Below are positions 24,696-37,400 of a stretch of DNA of 64,000 bases, piece after piece (within the stretch, counting starts at the first letter, position 1; every line of letters begins with the position of its first letter). The position numbers and the translations under genes were made by a program. Below the pieces are notes generated by a model. It ran no database searches. It worked only from the letters and a program-made list of their open reading frames with translations, and was not told the DNA's origin. This DNA is from Eledone cirrhosa (lineage: Eukaryota). The stretch spans positions 365,924,001 through 365,988,000 of the forward strand of contig OZ024742.1 of assembly GCA_964016885.1 (NCBI GenBank), in the 5' to 3' direction.

Positions 24696-25700
24696 GAAAT
24701 GAACGAGGTGCCAGGCCAAGAGATTTAACACATTGGTGAAATAAAAGGAAGGATCACTTGAGAGATCTAAGGCCTTGGAATAATGAAAAGAAAGGTAATA
24801 GAGGGGTCGCTATACCTTTGAAAACTGTAAGGTAGGATCACAGAGAGGGTAAAAAGACCGAGTAATGAAAGTTAGGGTTACCTGGGGAGGTTTAAAGCAT
24901 TAGAAAATTGAAAAGGGGGTTGTCACGATAACATATGCGGGACCTTGGTACCCCGAAAGCTAGAGTAGGCTACAAAAGCAAGGTGAGGTGACTAAAGTAC
25001 ATAATCGGGCGCTCCATTGATTTTGCCATTATAAAAAGCCAACATAGATAACAATGACATTATCAGTCACACAATCAATGCACATTATAGATAGGTGGGT
25101 GAAGAGCGGATGTATGTAGTTAGCAGTGATTCTTCTTAAACTTAGTCTACAAGACGACTAGAGATTGGTAACGAAGTTTAATCAATAGCATTTCAAGAAT
25201 TATTTTCAGATCGCTTGTTGAAAAAAATATTAAATAGATAAAATAAATTAACTATTTAAAGCACGTCTACTAGATGCGACTGTCTGCAGCAGAGTATATG
25301 TGAACATGATAACTAGTATTTCATTATTTTACTAGCTTCAGTCATTTATGCGGCCAGGTTAGGGCACAACCTTAAAGCGAGTTATTTGGTCATATAGACC
25401 ACATACCCCACACTAATTTGTCATGTCTGGTAATTATTTTAGATATCTTTTTTTGACAAACCGCTGTTATGAAACGTAAACACAGACACACAAACACATA
25501 TGTATATACGCACATACGAACACATCTACAGCCATACACACACAGACAGACATACACACACACACACACATATACAAACTTATATAGAGGGAGGTAACAC
25601 TCTTTGTAAAGGCTTGCCGAATACAAGCAGAAACCACTGCGGCGCAGTCGGGTTTTTACCCTTTCTCTTTCTCTCTCTCTGTATGTATGCATGTATTTAT

Positions 25701-26302
25701 GTCTCTTTTGGTCCATGGAACACTTGCCACACAAATCGGAAATTGAGTTTTGCTTATTTCTACCCGCCGAAATACGATTCTCGCTGAATTTATATTTGTA
25801 TTAATCTCCCGAGTCTAATAATTAACCAGTTAATTGTTTTTAGATAAATTCTATTGACTGATTGATTGCTTAAATTTATTTTGAAAACTACCCGGTCGAG
25901 AGCTTAATTCGATTTGTGTTGCTTTTGCAATTTTTGCATCGATTACACATACCGAATTTATTTCCTGTTGAGAAAGTGATATCCTTGTTCGATCATATTA
26001 CCAAAGGTTTATTTTTTTAAGCAGACATTATTATTGATTTAGGTGTCGCAGAAACCCTGTACTGGATTATACCATCATTTCCACAGGTTCCGGGTAAATT
26101 TTTCTTTCATATTTTGTTTGACCCGTTTTTTTGGCTTAGGTGGTTGATAGCTTCCTAACCGCCGTCTCAGTTGGTATGGCCTTTATAACATATGTTTATT
26201 GCTTTGGTCTCTTTTGGTCCATGGAGCGCTTGCCACACATATCGGAAATTGAGTTTTGCTTATTTCTACCCGACGAAATACGATTCTCGCTGAATTTATA
26301 TT

Positions 26303-26307
<5 letters not shown>
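25701..26307. repeat. ~101-bp direct repeats 506 bp apart
   Basis: GTCTCTTTTGGTCCATGGA...CGATTCTCGCTGAATTTATATTTGTAT at 25701-25801 and 26207-26307. Confidence 0.9.
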
Positions 26308-26356
<49 letters not shown>

Positions 26357-26454
26357 TATATAACCAAAGATTAATATGGTTCGTTGATTACTCAACGAAT
26401 ACAATATTACAATAGATTAGAAGCACTCAACTGTAGATTTTCCTGGAGTGTTTA

Positions 26455-26785
26455 ATATTATTCAAAATGTTAATAAATGAAAAGTATTCTCATAATCAAA
26501 ATATATATTTTATTATACATATTTCAAAGGTACAATGATGTTTAAGTACGTTTTCATCAGACAAAATATATGATTTGATATGTGACATACCGCTACGGAT
26601 TTGATTATTCAATTCCAGTATTGGCAATACTGGAATTGAATAATCAAAACCGTAGCGGTATGTCACATGTCAAATCATATATTTTATCTGATGAAAACAT
26701 ACTGAAACACCATTGTACCTTTGAAATATGTATAATAAAATATATATTTTGATTATGAGAATATTTTTAATTTATTAACATTTTG

Positions 26786-26793
<8 letters not shown>
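26455..26793. repeat. 339-bp near-perfect palindrome with 1-nt spacer
   Basis: Centre ...CCAGTATTG-G-CAATACTGG... at 26624; arms traced out to ATATTATTCAAAATG / CATTTTGAATAATAT. Confidence 0.93.
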
Positions 26794-26825
<32 letters not shown>

Positions 26826-26989
26826 TGTAACAAAAAAATGTATACACAAAGGCTGTGCATTCTAATAAATATTGCCTGTACAGGTAATCAAAGTGTTCAT
26901 ACATTTTTGGGGACACCCTAAATATATACACACTCACACACACACACATAGACACGATGGCCGGCCACACTTACACCAGCCAAATTGAA

Positions 26990-27108
26990 TTCATAGAGTC
27001 TGTCAACATTTGGTTCTACTGTAACAGGTTGTCCCAGGGGTGCCATGTTAAGTAACTACACTCGAAACCACATGGTTGTCAATGGAACTCCTTAACCAAG
27101 CAGCCATG
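26990..27108 (-). mobile_element. Degenerate tRNA-derived SINE head
   Basis: Minus strand CATGGCTGCTTGGTTAAGGAG...CAACCATGTGGTTTCGAG...TGGCACCCCTGGG. Confidence 0.5.
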
Positions 27109-27414
27109 TCTAAAATTATGTAATTTTAATCTCTTATTATTTAACAAATAAATAAATAAATAAATAAATAAAGAAAGAAAGAAAGAAAGAAAGAAAAAAA
27201 TAAAGAAAGAAATAAAGAAAGAAATAAAGAAAGAAAGCATTATTTAACAATAAATAATAAAATACTTCCCAGTCAGATTAATCAGACAAATTGACAAAAA
27301 TCGGTTTTAATTTTCATATTTTAATATCTTAGTTTATATTTTGACATTAATATTTCTTTTTTAATTTTTCAATTTTATGTTACACACACCCATATAAATG
27401 CTCACTCATTCACA

Positions 27415-27457
<43 letters not shown>

Positions 27458-27579
27458 TCCTTTTGTCAATCCAATATTCCACTATCAATATACTTATCTA
27501 ATTCTCACGTCATTTGTATATATACTTTCCCGTATGTATATGTGTGTTTTCGTGTTGATTAAAACACTCGAATAATATA

Positions 27580-27790
27580 TATATATAAGAAAGTGAGGTT
27601 TTTTTACAAAATGAAAAATAACCGAGGTGTCCTACACGAGTGAAAGTATAAGGAAAAAAGATGAAATCGAAAATGCAACTGGAGTCTTATTTAAAAAAAT
27701 ATATATATTTATTTGGTTCCTTTACCGGTTTCGCAGTTCTTCTGCTTTTCAAAAGTAGAGTTGAGATGGAGGGTCTGTGGTTTTTCTCAC
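27580..27790. mobile_element. Second copy of the 1433-1758 family, without inversion
   Basis: Shares CCTACACGAGTGAAAGTATAAGGAAAAAAGATGAAATCGAAAATGCAACTGGAGTC and the downstream sequence. Confidence 0.85.
27720..27755 (-). ncRNA. Minimal type I hammerhead (U3:A8), intact
   Basis: ctt-TTGAAAA-gcag-aagaa-ctgc-GAAAC-CG-GTA-aag, with a perfect 4-bp helix II and palindromic helix III. Confidence 0.72.
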
Positions 27791-27979
27791 ACACACACAC
27801 GTACATTCACATATACGTATATACATATACATAGATGTATATACATACACATAAACACACATAAATACATATATATATATATATATATATACATAGATTT
27901 CTCGTACATGCATGCACATGTATATATACACACATGCATATATACACACACACATATATATATACACACATTATTACAT

Positions 27980-28052
<73 letters not shown>

Positions 28053-28440
28053 TATATAGACACTCGCCTATTTGCACATAGCCATATACAAATATGTCCC
28101 TTATAATAACTAGAAGCTAACCCTCCAATTACCAACACCCACAGTAACCACCTCACTCTCAGGTACATAACATAAACAGAGAATGATTGCAAGTTATATG
28201 TCTCTACAAGACCTTGTAATACCTCATCAATCATTATGATTTATACGGAGGACTTAGAGAAATGTATGTGACATTTAACATATGTAAGACAGAAATAAAC
28301 ATTTTAAATCATAGTTGATTTATCACGTACATCAGTGAGGACGTGACATTCCGGAATTTTAACATTCGTTGGTGATGAGGTAATAATCCACTTATATAAA
28401 CAATAACTAAGGACAACGATATTAATAATATACAGCAAAT

Positions 28441-31400
28441 TTATAGCAGAGCATTTCAGCAGAGAGTTGTAGAGAGTTATAACAGAGGAGAGTATTACAG
28501 CAGAGAATTATAGAAAGTTATAACAGAGCAGAGCATTACAGCAGAGAGTTGTAGAGAGTTATAACAGAGGAGAGTATTACAGCAGAGAGTTGTAGAGAGT
28601 TATAACCGAGTAGAGTATTACAGCAGAGAGTTATAGAGAGTTATAACAGAGCAGAGCATTACAGCAGAGAGTTATAGAGAGTTATAACAGAGGAGAATAT
28701 TACAGCAGAGAGTTATAGAGAGTTATAACAGAGTAGAGCATTACAGCAGAGAGTTATAACAGAGGAGAGCATTACAACAGAGAGTTATAACAGAGGGGAG
28801 CATTACAGCAGAGAGTTATAGAAAGTTATAACAGAGGAGAGCATTACAGCAGAGAGTTATAGAGAGTTATAACACAGGAGAGTATTACAGCAGAGAGTTA
28901 TAGAAAGTTATAAAAGAGGAGAGCATTACAGCAGAGAGTTATAGAGAGTTATAACAGAGGAGAGCATTACAGCAGAGAGTTATAGAGAGTTATAACCGAG
29001 TAGAGCATTACAGCAGAGAGTTATAGAAAGTTATAACAGAGGAGAGCATTACAGCAGAGAGTTATAGAGCGTTATAACCGAGTAGAGCATTAAAGCAGAG
29101 AGTTATAGAGAGTTATAACAGAGTAGAGCATTACAGCAGAGAGTTATAGAGAGTTATAACAGAGCAGAGCATTACAGCAGAGAGTTATAGAGAGTTATAA
29201 AAGAGCAGAGCAATACAGCAGAGAGTTGTAGAGAGTTATAAAAGAGTAGAGCATTACAGCAGAGAGTTATAGAGAGTTATAACAGAGGAGAGCATTACAG
29301 CAGAGAGTTATAACAGAGGGGAGTATTACAGCAGAGAGTTATAGAAAGTTATAAAACAGGACAAATTACAGCAGAGAGTTATAGAGAGTTATAACAGAGT
29401 AGAGCATTACAGCAGAGAGTTATAGAAAGTTATAAAAGAGGAGAGCATTACAGCAGAGAGTTATAGAAAGTTATAACACAGGAGAACATTACAGCAGAGA
29501 GTTATAGAGAGTTATAACAGAGGAGAGCATTACAGCAGAGAGTTATAGAAAGTTATAAAAGAGGACATCATTACAGCAGAGGGTTATAGAGAGTTATCAC
29601 ACAGGAGAGTATTACAGCAGAGAGTTATAGAGAGTTATAACAGAACGGAGCATACCAGACGCGAGTTATAGAGAGTTATAACAGGGCAGAGCAAAACAGC
29701 GGAGAGATATAGAAAGGTATAACATAGGAGAGCATTACAGCAGAGAGTTATAACAGAGGATAGTATTACAGCAGAGAGTTATAGAGAGTTATAACAGAGT
29801 AGAGTATTATAGCAGAGAGTTATAGAGTGTTATAACAGAGTAGAGCATTACAGCAGAGAGTTATAGAGAGTTATAACAGAGCAGAGCATTACAGCAGAGA
29901 GTTATAGAAAATTATAACAGAGCAGAGCATTACAGCAGAGAGCTGTAGAGAGTTATAACAGAGGAGAGTAATTCAGCAGAGAGTTGTAGAGAGTTATAAC
30001 AGAGGAGAGTATTACAGCAGAGCGTTGTAGAGAGTTATAACAGAGTAGAGTATTATAGCAGAGAGTTATAGAGTGTTATAACAGAGTAGAGCATTACAGC
30101 AGAGAGTTGTAGAGAGTTATAACAGAGGGGAGCTTTACAGCAGAGAGTTATTGAGAGTTATAACAGAGGAGAATATTACAGCAGAGAATTATAGAGTGTT
30201 ATAACAGAGTAGAGCATAACAGCAGAGAGTTATAGAGAGTTATAACAGAGGAGAGCATTACAACAGAGAGTTATAACAGAGGGGAGCATTACAGCAGAGA
30301 GTTATAGAAAGTTATAACAGAGGAGAGCATTACAGCAGAGAGTTATAGATTGTTATAACACAGGAGAGTATTACAGCAGAGAGTTATAGAAAGTTATAAA
30401 AGAGGAGAGCATTACAGCAGAGAGTTATAGAGAGTTATAACAGAGGAGAGCATTACAGCAGAGAGTTATAGAGTTATAAAAGAGGAGAGCATTACAGCAG
30501 AGAGTTATAACAGAGGGGAGTATTACAGCAGAGAGTTATAGAAAGTTATAACAGAGGAGAGCATTAAAGCAGAGAGATATAGAAAGTTATAACACAGGAG
30601 AACATTACAGCAGAGAGTTATAGAGAGTTATAACAGCGGGGAGTATCACAGCAGAGAGTTATAGAAAGTTATAACAGAGGAGAGCATTAAAGCAGAGAGT
30701 TATAGAAAGTTATAACAGAGGAGAGCATTAAAGCAGAGAGTTATAGAGAGTTATAATACAGGAGAGTATTACAGCAGAGAGTTATAGAAGGTTATAACAG
30801 AGGAGAGCATTACAGCAGAGAGTTATAGAGAGTTATAATACAGGAGAGTATTACAGCAGAGAGTTATAGAAAGTTATAACAGAGGGGAGTATTACAGCAG
30901 AGAGTTATAGAGAGTTATAACAGAGGAGAGCATTACAGCAGAGAGTTGTAACAGAGGGGAGTAGTACAGCAGAGAATTATAGAAAGTTATAACAGAGGGG
31001 AGCATTACAGCAGAGAGTTATAGAGAGTTATAATACAGGAGAGTATTACAGAAGAGAGTTATGGAAAGTTATAACAGAGGAGAGTATTACAGCAGAGAGT
31101 TATAGAAAGTTATAACAGAGGAGAGCATTAAAGCAGAGAGTTATAGAAAGTTATAACACAGGAGAACATTACAGCAGAGAGTTATAGAGAGTTATAACAG
31201 AGGGGAGTATTACAGCAGAGAGTTATAGAAAGTTATAACAGAGGAGAGCATTAAAGCAGAGAGTTATAGAGAGTTATCACACAGGAGAGTATTACAGCAG
31301 AGAGTTATAAAAAGTTATAACAGGGCAGAGCATCACAGCGGAGAGATATAGAAAGTTATAACAGAGGAGTGTAATTCAGCAGAGAGTTGTAGAGAGTTAT

Positions 31401-34400
31401 AACAGAGGAGAGTATTACAGCAGAGAGATGTAGAGAGTTATAACAGAGCAGAGCATTACAGCAGAGAGTTATAGAGAGTTATAACAGAGGGGAGCATTAC
31501 AACAGAGAGTTATAGAGAGTTGTAACAGAATAGAGCATTACAGCAGAGAGTTAAAGAGAGTTATAACAGAGCATAGCATTACAGAAGAGAGTTATAGAGA
31601 GTTATAACAGAGGGGAGCATTACAGCAGAGAGTTATAGAGAGATATAACAGAGCAGAGCATTACAGCAGAGAGTTATAGAGAGTTATAACAGAGCGGAGC
31701 ATTACAGTAGAGAGCTATAGAGAGTTATACCAGGAGAATATTACAGCAGAGAGTTATAGAGTGTTATAACAGAGGAGAGCATTACAGCAGAGAGTTATAA
31801 TAGAGGGGAGCATTACAGCAGAGACTTATAGAAAGTTATAACAGAGGAGAGCATTACAGCAGAGATTTATAGAAAATTATAACAGAGGGGAGCATTACAG
31901 CAGAGAGTTATAGAGAGATATAACACAGGAGAGTATTACAGCAGAGAGTTATAGAAATTTATAAAAGAAAGAGCATTACAGCAGAGAGTTATAGAAAGCT
32001 ATAACAGAGGAGAGAATTACAGCAGAGAGTTATAGAGAGTTATAACAGAGGAGAGCATTACAGCAGAGAGTTATAACAGAGGGAGTATTACAGCAGAGAG
32101 TTATAGACAGTTATAACAGAGGAGAGCATTACAGCAGAGAGTTATAGAAAGTTATAACAGAGGAGAGCATTACGGCAGAGAGTTATAGAGAGTTATAACA
32201 CAGGAGAGTATTACAGCAGAGAGTTATGGAAAGTTATAACAGAGGAGAGCATTACAGCAGAGAGTTATAGAAAGTTATAACACAGGAGAGCATTACAGAA
32301 GAGAGTTATAACAGAGCAGAGCATTACAGCAGAGAGTTATAGAGAGTTATAACAGAGCAGAGCATTACAGCAGAGAGTTATAGAGAGTTATAAAAGAGCA
32401 GAGCATTACAGCAGAGAGTTGTAGAGAGTTATAGAGAGTTATAACAGACGAGAATATTACAGCAGAGGGATATAGAGTGTTATAACAGAGTAGAGCATTA
32501 CAGCAGAGAGTTATAGAGAGTTATAACAGAGGAGAGCATTAGAGCAGAGAGTTATAACAGAGGGGAGCATTACAGCAGAGAGTTATAGAAAGTTATAACA
32601 GAGGAGAGCATTACAGCAGAGAGTTATAGAAAGTTATAACAGAGGAGAGCATTACAACAGAGAGTTATAGAGAGTTATAACACAAGAGAGTATTACAGCA
32701 GAGAGATATAGAAAGTTATAAAAGAGGAGAGCATTACAGCTGAGAGTTATAGAGAGTTATAACAGAGGGGAGCATTACAGCAGAGAGTTATAGATAGATA
32801 TAACAGAGGAGAGCATTACAGCAGAGAGTTATAGAAAGTTATAACAGAGGAGATCATTACAGCAGAGAGTTATAGAGAGTTATCGCACAGGAGAGTATTA
32901 CAGCAGAGAGTTATAGAAGGTTATAACAGAGGAGAGCATTACAGAAGAGAGTTATAACAGAGGAGAGCATTACAGCAGAGATTTATAGAGCGTTATAACT
33001 GAGTAGAGCATTAAAACAGAGAGTTATAGAGTTATAACAGAGGATAGTATTACAGCAGAGAGTTGTAGAGAGTTATAACAGAGCAGGGCATTACAGCAGA
33101 GTGTTATAGAAAATTATAACAGAGCAGAGCATTACAGCAGAGAGTTATAACAGAGGAGAGTATTACAGCAGAGAGTTGTAGAGAGTTATAACAGAGGAGA
33201 GTATTACAGCAGAGATTTATAGAGAGTTATAACAGAGGGGAGCATTACAGCAGAGAGTTATAGAGAGTTATCGCACAGGAGAGTATTACAGCAGAGAGTT
33301 ATAGAAAGTTATAACACAGGAGAGCATTACAGAAGAGAGTTATAACAGAGGAGAGCATTACAGCAGAGATTTATAGAGCGTTATAACTGAGTAGAGCATT
33401 AAAGCAGAGAGTTATAGAGAGTTATAACAGAGGAGAGCATTACAGCAGAGAGTTATAACACAGGGGAGCATTACAGCAGAGAGTTATAGAGAGTTATAAC
33501 AGAGGGAGCATTACAGCAGAGAGTTATAGAGAGTTATAACAGAGGAGAATATTACAGCAGAGAGATATAGAAAGTTATAAAAGAGGAGAGCATTACAGCA
33601 GAGAGGTATAGAGAATTATAACAGAGGGGAGCATTACAGCAGAGAGTTATGGAAAGTTATAATAGAGGAGGGCATTAGAGCAGAGAGTTATAGAGAGTTA
33701 TAACACAGGAGAGTATTACAGCAGAGAGTTATAGAAAGTTATAAAAGAGGAGAGCATTACAGCAGAGAGTTATAGACAGTTATAACAGAGTAGAGCATTA
33801 CAGAAGAGAGTTATAGAGAGTTATAACAGAGCAGAGCATTACAGCAGAGAGTTATAGAGAGTTATAACAGAGGAGAGCATTACAGCAGAGAGTTATAACA
33901 GAGGGGAGTATTACAGCAGAGAGTTATAGAAAGTTATAACAGAGGAGAGCATTACAGCAGAGAGTTATAGAAAGTTATAACACAGGACACATTACAGCAG
34001 AGAGTTATAGAGAGTTATAACAGAGGAGAGCATTACAGCAGAGAGTTATAACAGAGGGGAGTATTACAGCAGAGAATTATAGAAAGTTATAATAGAGGAG
34101 AGCTTTAACGCAGAGAGTTATAGAAAGTTATAACACAGGAGAACATTACAGCAGAGAGTTATGGAAAGTTATTACAGAGGACATCATTACAGCAGAGAGT
34201 TATAGAGAGTTATGACACAGGAGAGTATTACAGCAGAGAGTTATAGAAAGTTATAACAGAGGACAGCATTACAGCAGAGAGTTATGGAAAGTTATTACAG
34301 AGGACATCATTACAGCAGAGAGTTATAGAGAGTTATGACACAGGAGAGTATTACAGCAGAGAGTTATAGAGAGTTATAACAGAACAGAGCATACCAGACG

Positions 34401-37400
34401 CGAGTTATAGAGAGGTATAACAGGGCAGATAATCACAGCGGAGAGATATAGAAAGTTATAACAGAGCAGAGCATTACAGCAGAGAGTTATAACAGAGGAT
34501 AGTATTACAGCAGAGCGTTGTGGAGAGTTATAACAGAGTAGAGTATTATAGCAGAGAGTTATAGAGTGTTATAATAGAGTAGAGCGTAACAGCAGAGAGT
34601 TATAGAGAGTTATAACAGAGCAGAGCATTACAGCAGAGAGTTATAGAAAATTATAATAGAGCAGAGCATTACAGCAGAGAAATGTAGAGTGTTATAACAG
34701 AGGAGAGTAATTCAGTAGAGAGTTGTAGAGAGTTATAACAGAGGAGAGTATTACAGCAGAGAGTTATAGAGAGTTATAACAGAGCAGAGCATTACAGCAG
34801 AGAGTTATAGAGAGTTATAACAGAGGGGAGCATTACAACAAAGAGTTATAGAGAGTTGTAACAGAATAGAGCATTACAGCAGAGAGTTAAAGAGAGTTAT
34901 AACAGAGCAAAGCATTTCAGAAGAGAGTTATAGAGAGTTATAACAGAGGGGAGCATTACAGCAGAGAGTTATAGAGAGATATAACAGAGCAGAGCATTAC
35001 AGCAGAGAGTTATAGAGAGTTATAACAGAGCGGAGCATTACAGTAGAGAGTTATAGAGAGTTATAACAGGAGAATATTACAGCAGAGAGTTATAGAGTGT
35101 TATAACAGAGTAGAGCATTACAGCAGAGAGTTATAGAGAGTTATAACAGAGGAGAGCATTACAGCAGAGAGTTATAACAGAGGGGAGCATTACAGCAGAG
35201 ACTTATAGAAAGTTATAACAGAGGAGAGCATTACAGCAGAGATTTATAGAAAATTATAACAGAGGGGAGCATTACAGCAGAGAGTTATAGAGAGATATAA
35301 CACAGGAGAGTATTACAGCAGAGTGTTATAGAAAGTTATAAAAGAAAGACCATTACAGCAGAGAGTTATAGAAAGTTATAACACAGGAGAGCATTACAGA
35401 AGAGAGTTATAACAGAGCAGAGCATTACAGCAGAGAGTTATAGAGAGTTATAACAGAGCAGAGCATTACAGCAGAGAGTTATAGAGAGTTATAAAAGAGC
35501 AGAGCCTTACAGCAGAGAGTTGTAGAGAGTTATAGAGAGTTATAACAGACGAGAATATTACAGCAGAGAGATATAGAGTGTTATAACAGAGTAGAGCATT
35601 ACAGCAGAGAGTTATAGAGAGTTATAACAGAGGAGAGCATTACAGCAGAGAGTTACAACAGAGGGGAGCATTACAGCAGAGAGTTATAGAAAGTTATAAC
35701 AGAGGAGAGCATTACAGCAGAGAGTTATAGAAAGTTATAACAGAGGAGAGCATTACAGCAGAGAGTTATAGAGAGTTATAACACAGGAGAGTATTACAGC
35801 AGAGAGTTATAGAAAGTTATAAAAGAGGGGAGCATTACAGCAGAGAGTTATAGAAAGCTATAACAGAGGAGAGCATTACAGCAGAGAGTTATAGAAAGTT
35901 ATAACAGAGGAGATCATTACAGCAGAGAGTTATAGAGATTTATCACACAGGAGAGTATTACAGCAGAGAGTTACAACAGAGGGGAGCATTACAGCAGAGA
36001 GTTATAGAAAGTTATAACAGAGGAGAGCATTACAGCAGAGAGTTATAGAAGGTTATAACAGAGGAGAGCATTACAACAGAGAGTTATAGAAAGTTATAAC
36101 ACGGGAGAGCATTACAGAAGAGAGTTATAACAGAGGAGAGCATTACAGCAGAGATTTATAGAGCGTTATAACTGAGTAGAGCATTAAAGCAGAGAGTTAT
36201 AGAGTTATAACAGAGGATAGTATTACAGCAGAGAGTTGTAGAGAGTTATAACAGAGCAGGGCATTACAGCAGAGTGTTATAGAAAATTATAACATAGCAG
36301 AGCATTACAGCAGAGAGTTATAACAGAGGAGAGTATTACAGCAGAGAGTTGTAGAGAGTTATAACAGAGGAGAGTATTACAGCAGAGAGTTATAGAGAGT
36401 TATAACAGAGGGTAGCATTACAGCAGAGAGTTATAGAGAGTTAGAACAGAGCAGAGCATTACAGCAGAGAGTTATAGAGAGGTATAACAGAGTAGAGCAT
36501 TACAGCAGAGAGTTATAGAGAGTTATAACAGAGTAGAGCATTACAGCAGAGAGTTATAGAAAGTTATAAAAGAGGAGAGCATTACAGCAGAGAGTTATAG
36601 AAAGTTATAACACAGGAGAACATTACAGCAGAGAGTTATAGAGAGTTATAACAGAGGAGAGCATTACAGCAGAGAGTTATAGAAAGTTATAAAAGAGGAC
36701 ATCATTACAGCAGAGGGTTATAGAGAGTTATCACACAGGAGAGTATTACAGCAGAGAGTTATAGAGAGTTATAACAGAACGGAGCATACCAGACGCGAGT
36801 TATAGAGAGTTATAACAGGGCAGAGCAAAACAGCGGAGAGATATAGAAAGGTATAACATAGGAGAGCATTACAGCAGAGAGTTATAACAGAGGATAGTAT
36901 TACAGCAGAGAGTTATAGAGAGTTATAACAGAGTAGAGTATTATAGCAGAGAGTTATAGAGTGTTATAACAGAGTAGAGCATTACAGCAGAGAGTTATAG
37001 AGAGTTATAACAGAGCAGAGCATTACAGCAGAGAGTTATAGAAAATTATAACAGAGCAGAGCATTACAGCAGAGAGCTGTAGAGAGTTATAACAGAGGAG
37101 AGTAATTCAGCAGAGAGTTGTAGAGAGTTATAACAGAGGAGAGTATTACAGCAGAGCGTTGTAGAGAGTTATAACAGAGTAGAGTATTATAGCAGAGAGT
37201 TATAGAGTGTTATAACAGAGTAGAGCATTACAGCAGAGAGTTGTAGAGAGTTATAACAGAGGGGAGCTTTACAGCAGAGAGTTATTGAGAGTTATAACAG
37301 AGGAGAATATTACAGCAGAGAATTATAGAGTGTTATAACAGAGTAGAGCATAACAGCAGAGAGTTATAGAGAGTTATAACAGAGGAGAGCATTACAACAG

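Noticed and set aside
28332-28392. Possible 60-bp minus-strand exon (AG...GTACGT)
   Set aside because: Weak acceptor, two open frames and no recognisable product.
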